NCBI RefSeq assembly: GCF_036321535.1
Contig: NC_087437.1
Coordinates: forward strand, 60,018,001-60,082,000
Reading direction: 5' to 3'
From: Camelus dromedarius
Taxonomy: Eukaryota
DNA: 64,000 nt
A program made the position numbers and the translations under genes. The notes under the pieces were generated by a model. That model made no database searches. It saw only the letters and a list, made by a program, of their open reading frames with translations, and was not told where the DNA came from. Positions 56,004 through 64,000 of the stretch are shown one piece after another. Numbering within the stretch: position 1 is the stretch's first letter; each line of letters starts with the position of its first letter.

Positions 56004-56185
56004 TGGATAGAGTATGAAATTTAGTTAGATCTGGATTTGAGTCCTACCATTTGGCATGTATGAGACCTGAGACTGAATAACTTGGCCAAGAGCATTTTCC
56101 TCACTTACAAAGTGCTGATAAGGTACCTGTTTTGCGTGGCTGTTTGAGGATTATATATTAGGCACCAAGCACAATGCTGGGCAAC
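56004..56185 (+). mobile_element. MIR SINE remnant
   Basis: GATCTGGATTTGAGTCC...TTTCCTCACTTACAAA...GCTGTTTGAGGATT...AGCACAATGCTGGGCA core. Confidence 0.55.
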
Positions 56186-56280
56186 TAAACAAACTACTCT
56201 GCCACAATACAGTCCAAGATCCCCTCCTGGTATCTAGAACACTTAGCCAATGGACCACAATGCTGAGATAGCTGGGCACA

Positions 56281-56343
56281 AGAAAATAAAATCCATACAC
56301 GAGCAATTGCCATACTACTGTATTTTATTATAATATGTTTATT
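56281..56343 (-). terminator. PPP1R2: PPP1R2 distal polyadenylation signal (tandem AATAAA plus GU/U-rich downstream element)
   Basis: Minus-strand AATAAA at 56343-56338 and 56329-56324, followed by GTGTATGGATTTTATTTTCT (56300-56281). Confidence 0.7.
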
Positions 56344-58663
56344 GTACTAATTTTAAAGGAAAAATGTAAACAAAGTGAAAGTCTAGGGAAAAATGGCACT
56401 TCGCTTTAATCTTTAAATATTTAACAATCCATTTATATACCATTATGCCTCAGGTTTTAAAGAGCATTTCAGACTGAAAACTGAACAAACAGAAAGATGA
56501 CACTAAGAGTTAAGCAGAGAATACTGATTAAAAAGTAAAATCTACCTTGGCTAGAACTGAACATTGACAGATAACTTTCTCCAAAGGAAAATCTAACTTG
56601 AATCATAAAGGTTCATTTTTTTGTATAGTCCAATACCATGTCAATTAGGAACTCATGATGACGAAAACATTTCACTCAGTTATATTTGACTACCTAAAAT
56701 CCTACTGAGCATGCTATTTGCCATGTCTTATTCCTTTGACATAACTATCTACTTCCTGAAACCAGAAATGAATTTGCCTGTGATTTAAGTTTCAAGAAAC
56801 AGCTTGTAGAAAACACAAAGGTCTTACCATTTCTTCACTGTACAGCAGCTATTTCTACAAATAGAGTATGTGGATACTTTCTAAGAACTCAAAGTGAGGA
56901 AACCAAAAACAGAGCTCTGTACGCATGAACATATGTACACACATGTGTTTAAGCTTAAATCCCCCCAATTGGGTTTAAATAGGTAAAAATACCTCAACAT
57001 TCTAAATTCAGAAAACAGAGATAAATGCTGTTTCGTTTATAAATCAGTGGTATTACTAGCTAATATGCTTTACTTAGAATACTATACCTGCAGTTCAGAA
57101 GTACTAACTGGATCCCATTAAAAAAAAGAAAAAAAGACATTCAAAATAATAAAAACATTCTTCTAACAGCAAAGAATTCTTCCACTTTTATTTTGACATA
57201 TTGATATTTCCATAAACTTGCAAGTGGAAGATAAGCTGCTCAATAAAAGCCAGTTCATATATATAATACACAGAAATTATTTAGTCTGTTCATATAATGG
57301 ATTCTTTTGGTACTAACAAAAAAGATAGAAATAACTGACTAGAAATGAAACCATCACTAAACCAGATACACAAGAATTGTATTCATTTCAGGGAAAAAGT
57401 CCAAATCTTACTGTGTTAGAAGAATAAAGTACATTTGTCATAGTATACGTTATCATATTCCCTTTGAGCAGGGACTATTTTTAAATTAAAAAGTGTTCAG
57501 GCTTACTTCTGTCTATACATTCAGGAACTATCATCATATCACTGGTTACACACAATTCTCTCATCATGCAAAACAAAAAAACCTCAGATGGTTGTTTTCT
57601 AAGGTTTAATTAAGTCAGACAATAAACTAATAATAGCACTTTAATTAGCGAGCTGTAAATCAGAGGTGTAGAAATTCTGCAGTTGAATTGTACTTCCTGT
57701 CTGTAGCACTGCTGCTATTCAATCTATTTTCTCCAAGTATTAGAACTAATAGGCATTGACAGTCAAAATAAGATTTTCATCGTTGCAGCAGATGACAGAA
57801 TATGTGAGAGAAAGAAGAGTTCCTAATGTCATGACAATCTTAATACTCCTTTATAAAGGTCAAGGATTGTGTGCGTATGTGTGGAAAGGAGTAAGAAATA
57901 AAGGCAGGAGGTTAAGACAGGTATATTAAGGGAATGCTGAGACTATGTAAGAATTGTATTTATTTAAAAAACTGATCTGAAGTCTGCCCACTGAGCATAC
58001 AAAAAAAAAAATCAGAGCAGACATTAGTGCAAGTTTAACCTGATAATTTATTTGTGGAAAAAGCTAGTTTTGATGAGAAAAAGTTTAATCCTTTCCTTGT
58101 AAACATGAAAGAAACTCAACAGGAATTTTAAAGGTAGTATGCCAGAAAATGCAACAGTAACTTTTCTAATATAATCTTTTTCAATTAAACAAACAAGCTG
58201 AAGACACGTGTTAAAATACTTTTCAGACTGAATATTTATCAGCCTATGTAATCTGTTGTTCCAACTGGATTTTGATCTTTTAAAAAATCCCAACTTTTTA
58301 TAAGAGCTATCACATCTAGAAGTGAAGAAAATAAATTAGATTCCCCCCCAAAAAAGATACTGTTTAACTTCTAAAGCATAAAAAGCTATATATCTTATAC
58401 AAATTAACCAGTGTTCTTACAAAAGTAATGCAGTTTTGGACTGATGACATTATGCTGTATTTGTGGTGAAGTACTAGGCACAAGAATATATGTATCAATT
58501 AGGCATTTTCAGTCTAATTAGTTTCTAAGTTATTTAATTCTTGGCAATATATAGTAACTGGTATGCATTTTGGTACTTAAGTCATGAATTGTAGAGAACA
58601 AGAAGCAGTATATTATAGTAACAGGGTTTGTATCTGACAATTACAGTGTTGGACAAATCTCTT
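56305..58663 (-). other. PPP1R2: PPP1R2 3' UTR (longest predicted form)
   Basis: AT-rich stretch with no obvious repeats, running from the stop codon to tandem minus-strand AATAAA signals. A MIR-like repeat lies just beyond. Confidence 0.7.
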
Positions 58664-58710
58664 CTATGAACTCTGTGATTTATTTTGCAGTTGGTCACTT
58701 GTAGTAGATC
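58664..58710 (-). CDS. PPP1R2: PPP1R2 last coding exon
   Basis: Acceptor TTTTTCTTTTATCTTTGCAG| followed by (G)GA TCT ACT ACA AGT GAC CAA CTG CAA AAT AAA TCA CAG AGT TCA TAG = GSTTSDQLQNKSQSS*. This matches the inhibitor-2 C-terminus and is in frame with the upstream exon. Confidence 0.95.
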
Positions 58711-60704
58711 CTGCAAAGATAAAAGAAAAAACAGCAACATAATTTGTTTGTTGAGTACTGCCAAACTTGGAGCTACTTGAGTTCAAGTTCCCTTCCACTG
58801 CCATGGTTGATAAATATGAAAATCTAAAAAACAAGTATGGTATAATTTATGCAGACTGATTAACATCATATGAAAGAATCTGTATACCCTCTAAATATTC
58901 TGAGAAGAACAGGAGTGTCTACTTAGTAGTAGGACAAATAGGTTTCAGATTGAACACTTCTGTGAATAAGTCACAGATGGATAGCTACGAGTTTTACTAC
59001 AACCCAAATATCCAGAGCTATAGAAAGATTTGCATTTATGACATCAAAATGATAAAATATTTCCTCAGAGTTTAAACATGCCGCTTTTCTTTTTATGAAA
59101 ATAGAAAAAAAAAAAAACTACCAACAGGTGGGGATGGTCAGGAGTGTGGAGGAGACAGAAGAGAAGGACAATGATCAAAAAGTAATGGGTTCCATAGAAC
59201 CTGGAGATTTTAAAAGCTGGTAAAAAAAATTTTAAGGGCCCAAAAAGGGCAGAGAATAAATAAGGAACTTTCTTCCCTATACCTTACTATGTAGTGTTTT
59301 CTATCTTTGTAACTTTATTGAAACTATGTAAGGAGTATGTTGTCTCCACTGAAGAAAAAACAGGCATTAAGTGAATACAAATTTTAATAATCTATTATAC
59401 TTTAATGAAAAAATTCATTTATGCACTAAGTATGAGAAATCTAATGTTTTACAAGAAGAGATAGACAAAAGGCCAATTATTTTTCAAAAGCCTTGACTTG
59501 AAATCCCTTTAGTCTCTGGCACAGTAGTGCTAGTGCAAATTTCTAGTGGCAAATGAGGGGTATTCCATTGCTTTGTTAGAGTCACTACAAATGGACACTG
59601 AAAGTCTGAGTAGAAACTGATGAAAAATTATAACCAAAAAAAATTCACTTTTGAATATATCAAAAGAAATGACCAAGATATAGGTAAATGGAAAACAAAG
59701 ACCAATTAGGAGATAGGTCACCTAAAAATGGACAATACATTTAAAGAGAAGAGAAAGACATACAACAATAAATACTCAAGATAAAGTCTGTTCAAGTTAA
59801 ATATAAGCTAAACAGACTATGGTGAAGAAAATGGAAAGGAAATGCTGTACGAAGCAAACTGAAAGGCCAAAGCGTAACATGGAATAACAAAAAAATACTG
59901 TAACCCTGATATTATAATGAGACATAGTCATCAGGTTCTACTATAGAATCCCTGATATTTCATATATACTCACCAAAACAATAATATAATTATTTATTCT
60001 TCTAAGACTTAACTATCCAAGGCACAATATATAACAGTAAGTAACATCTCCACTGAAAAGCATCAGTTTGAATGCACAGAGTAGGTAGATGGGCACAAAA
60101 TCTATATTAGTGGTGCAGAAGATTCACTTTTATTGAATGCCAGAACAATCATTTATTAAGAATAAATAAATAAAATCTATTTCCTATGACTGATCAAGAG
60201 TTGGTAGGCTGCAGGGGCTGGTTGTCTGAGACTTAAACAAAAATCCGCCAAATAACTTGTCCACCCAACAGTCAAAAGAATCAACACTGGAAAGATACGA
60301 CATACTTTGTACCTGAAGGAATGTGAAAACATATCTTCCATATTAAAAACCTATTTCTTTAAAAAAGTTTAAACCTTAATTTACATTGTTACAACAGATA
60401 AAAACATGATCTGAAATATTAAAACAAAATATAGCTTAATATGAAAACAAACATCATTGCTTAAATCCACGTAAATAAAACAATGTAGATACAAAGTGTA
60501 ACTTACACGTCTTAAATCAACTCTTGAGCATAAAACCCTTATTACTTTGAAATTGGTCATCAGGGGTTAAGATTTTAGACACTTCTCACATAAAAAGTGA
60601 ATTTCAGCAAAATTCTCTGAGGTTCTTCAAAGTTTCAAGCAAAACAGTATATTATTTAGGTACAAATGATCATAAGAGTCTAAATGATATTTTTAAAACC
60701 TCTA

Positions 60705-61115
<411 letters not shown>

Positions 61116-61248
61116 CTTTAGATGGTTCAAGTTCATTTTATGAGAGACTAGCAGTAAAAGCCATAAGTAGTTGTATATTGGTGAAGAAAACATAAAGATA
61201 TAGGAAAATTCTCAATAGAGTTGAATGTGAAAAAAAAACTATAATGCC

Positions 61249-61294
<46 letters not shown>
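61249..61294. repeat. Compound (AT)12(AC)11 microsatellite
   Basis: Read directly from the sequence. Confidence 0.95.
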
Positions 61295-61295
<1 letters not shown>

Positions 61296-62339
61296 TATAC
61301 ATATATATAAAATGTACAAAGCCTGCATGCATGCACATATGCACACACAGCAAGCCTCAACAATTAACAGTCATTAGTTCTGGATCAAGGAACTATGGGG
61401 TAATTTTAATATTTTCAAGTTTTCTATTTATATAATTAAGAAGAAATTCCTTTTAAAAATTCTTATTATCCATTAAGAAGTTGCCATGATTGAAAATGTT
61501 GCTGGCTAAAAACATAACCTCATTCCTAGAGCAATTTTAAGAAAAACCTGTTATTGGGAATAAGGAAGTGATTCTGGACTATTCTTTCATTTATAGTCTT
61601 CATTATAGAAAGATAAAACTAGCTGCAAATCAACACAACTACTTTATCAATAGACAGCACTTTAAAGATCAACTGTTTATCAAGAAATAATTATAGGATT
61701 GTAAAATTTCTTAGACCAGAAAATTAAAGGGGGGGGAGGGCTGACAAAATCGCCAACTGTTTTTCTGTCAAACAAGAGCATTAAAACTCACCCACCATAG
61801 TTTTATTATGGTATTCATAAAAATATTTTAATGCCAAAAAGACAGAGAAATCTCTCAGATTAAGGCTATTCAAAGTAATTTCTCAATGCCCTCTAATTCC
61901 CTCTAAGTTTTTACCATCAACTACACTTATTTATGTTTTAAAATCATGCATTTCCAACTCATGTCCCCACAGATCAGTCACTTTTTTGTTTTTGATCAAT
62001 CACTTTCAGTCTCTGTTTGGGTTGGTTGAGGGAAAGTTCTGAGATGAACATCCATATCATCCATCATCCCATAAGCATTTGTTTCAAACTACTAAGATCT
62101 TGCCAGGCATTATTATTCTTCTCTACTAAGAAGTTACTTTTGTGATTTGTTTTACTCTTTGAGAATACTATATTACAAAAGGGGATAAAATTTTTTTAAA
62201 AAAATCAATAGAAGACCAAATCGTCATGACTAAATTTTTAGTGATGCCTTTCAGATGGTATAAAAGCCAACACTAAAAAACAAAAAAATTATTTTAATTG
62301 CCTCCAATACCAGATACATTTACTAAAAAAGTAAGACAA

Positions 62340-62590
62340 GGGAGGAAAGGGGGGTGAAGAGGGATAAATTGGGAGTTCAGGGTTTGCAAGATACCAATTA
62401 CTATACATAAAATAAACAAGGTCTGCATAGCACAGGGAACTATATTCAATACCTCGAATGGCTTATAATGAAAAATGTGAAAAGGTGTGTGTGTATAAAT
62501 ATATATATATATGGATGTATAATTGAATCACTGTGCTGTACACCAGAAATCAATACAACACTGTAAATTGACTATACTTCAGTTAAAAAA
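62340..62590 (+). mobile_element. Lineage-specific L1 3' tail
   Basis: GAGGGATAAATTGGGAGTTC...CACAGGGAACTATATTCAATA...GACTATACTTCAGTTAAAAAA. Confidence 0.8.
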
Positions 62591-63047
62591 GACTTTTTCT
62601 CATTACAAAGTAACATATGTTCTTTTTAATGTAAAGAAGAGGTTTAAAAAAGATAGAAACTTAAAAAAAAATCACTCAATTTCCTCACTTGGAAATTATC
62701 AGTAACATTTTATGACTAGACTTTTTTCTAAAAATGCATTTTTTACAAAAATGAATCATATATTGTTGTATATGCTGTTTTCTTTCTATAGAGTTAGAAT
62801 GATTATGCCTCAGGGAAGTCTCAGTTTATGCCTACTGTCTGATGGAACTATAATAGTGACCTTTTCTTTCCCTCTAAAATGATCTAGAGTTTAGACAACA
62901 AAGTATATAAAGATTCAGTAAAATTCTGCCACATACACAGCAGATTCATATAATTTTTAAATGGTTACAAAGTAATGAGTTATAATTTCATCCCCTGCCT
63001 TGGTCAAAGATTTATGATTTCCCCCTCTGTACTTTCATTGTAATACA

Positions 63048-63270
63048 CAATTGACCCTTGAACAACATGGGGGTTACAGGGATGTCCACCCTCCTGGCAG
63101 TTGAAACCCACACGTAACTTTACGGCTGCTCCTTCATATCCGCAATTCTGCATCTGTGGGTTCAGCCAATTGCAGACTGTGCAGTGCTTCAGTAGGTATT
63201 TAGTAGGAAAAACAATGTGCATATAAGTGAATCCATGCAGTTCAAATTCATGTTACTCAAGGGTCAATTG
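63048..63270. mobile_element. MER8-like TcMar-Tigger MITE
   Basis: Terminal inverted repeats CAATTGACCCTTGAACAACATG / CATGTTACTCAAGGGTCAATTG, 223 bp. Confidence 0.85.
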
Positions 63271-64000
63271 TACATACATTTTTGTGCATTTGTTCTATAT
63301 CTTCTCAACATTAGCTGCTGTTTTTTCAAACTGTGCCTCATAACCCTTTAGTAAGTCATAATTAGCATTTTAAAGAAATGAAATAAAAGACAATAATCTG
63401 GAAATAACACATATAGTAAAGGTAAGTACTGTGTTGTGGGATTTTTACTTTTGTAATTTCATGTATACATGTATACTGAGTGGGACCTGTTCAAAAATGT
63501 CTGAGAAACATTGAGAAAAACCCTGGGACACTAAATTGCTAGATCAAAGGGTGTCATTTTCTTTTACTACTTTTCACTCATATGTTGCCATACTGCCCTT
63601 CCAAAAAAGCCAAACCATTTTTCATGCCCACCAATAGCATATGAGTAATATTTCTCCATTCACACCAAAAGGGAAATTGTCATTTTTTAAAATCTTTTTG
63701 ATCTGAAAAGAAAGGCACCATGATGCTGTTTTAATTTGTAGTTTCTTGTTCCTAGGAGTTGATATTACATATTTCTCTTTTGTGAATTATACTTATAGTC
63801 TAAGAAAATCATTTCTTTTTAATTCTAAGAAATGTTAAATCTGGTTTTGCTCGTTTATTCTAATTTTGGAATACTCAAAATTTATCGTATAATTTAAAAA
63901 TATGCAATGTATTCATTTTGTAGAAAGCTGCTAATAGAAGTGGTCTTAACCTACTTTGGATATTTAATTTTATTTATAGTCTCTATATGGCAAAGCAACA

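Noticed and set aside
61138..61435. ORFs with CVCV/YIYI/HTHT runs
   Set aside because: Translations of the (AT)n(AC)n microsatellite.

Overview
Mammalian genomic DNA, most likely camelid, since two tRNA-derived SINEs resemble Vic-1. The window holds parts of two minus-strand genes in the order known from the human ACAP2-PPP1R2 locus. ACAP2 contributes its CpG-island promoter and coding exon 1 (MKMTVDFEECLKDSPRF-R, 32367-32419), followed by more than 32 kb of repeat-rich intron 1 that runs off the left edge; I did not find exon 2. PPP1R2 (protein phosphatase 1 inhibitor-2) contributes its last two coding exons (60707-60874 and 58664-58710) and a 3' UTR of about 2.35 kb; its upstream exons lie beyond the right edge. 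The rest is mostly interspersed repeats (L1, L2/MIR, MaLR and ERV LTRs, Tigger and hAT MITEs, SINEs), and nearly all ORF-track entries are non-coding noise. I found no new multi-gene system. The best leads are: a candidate alternative 3' end inside the last PPP1R2 intron (in-frame stop at the donor, cryptic acceptors, tandem AATAAA with a CPE-like element); a 14-codon uORF in the ACAP2 leader; a ~0.37 kb L1 segment duplicated 23 kb apart with shared private changes; an L1 whose apparent 5' tip is fused to its 3' tail; and an IRF/STAT/DR1 motif cluster in ACAP2 intron 1. Repeat family names come from recognition by eye, and repeat boundaries are approximate.
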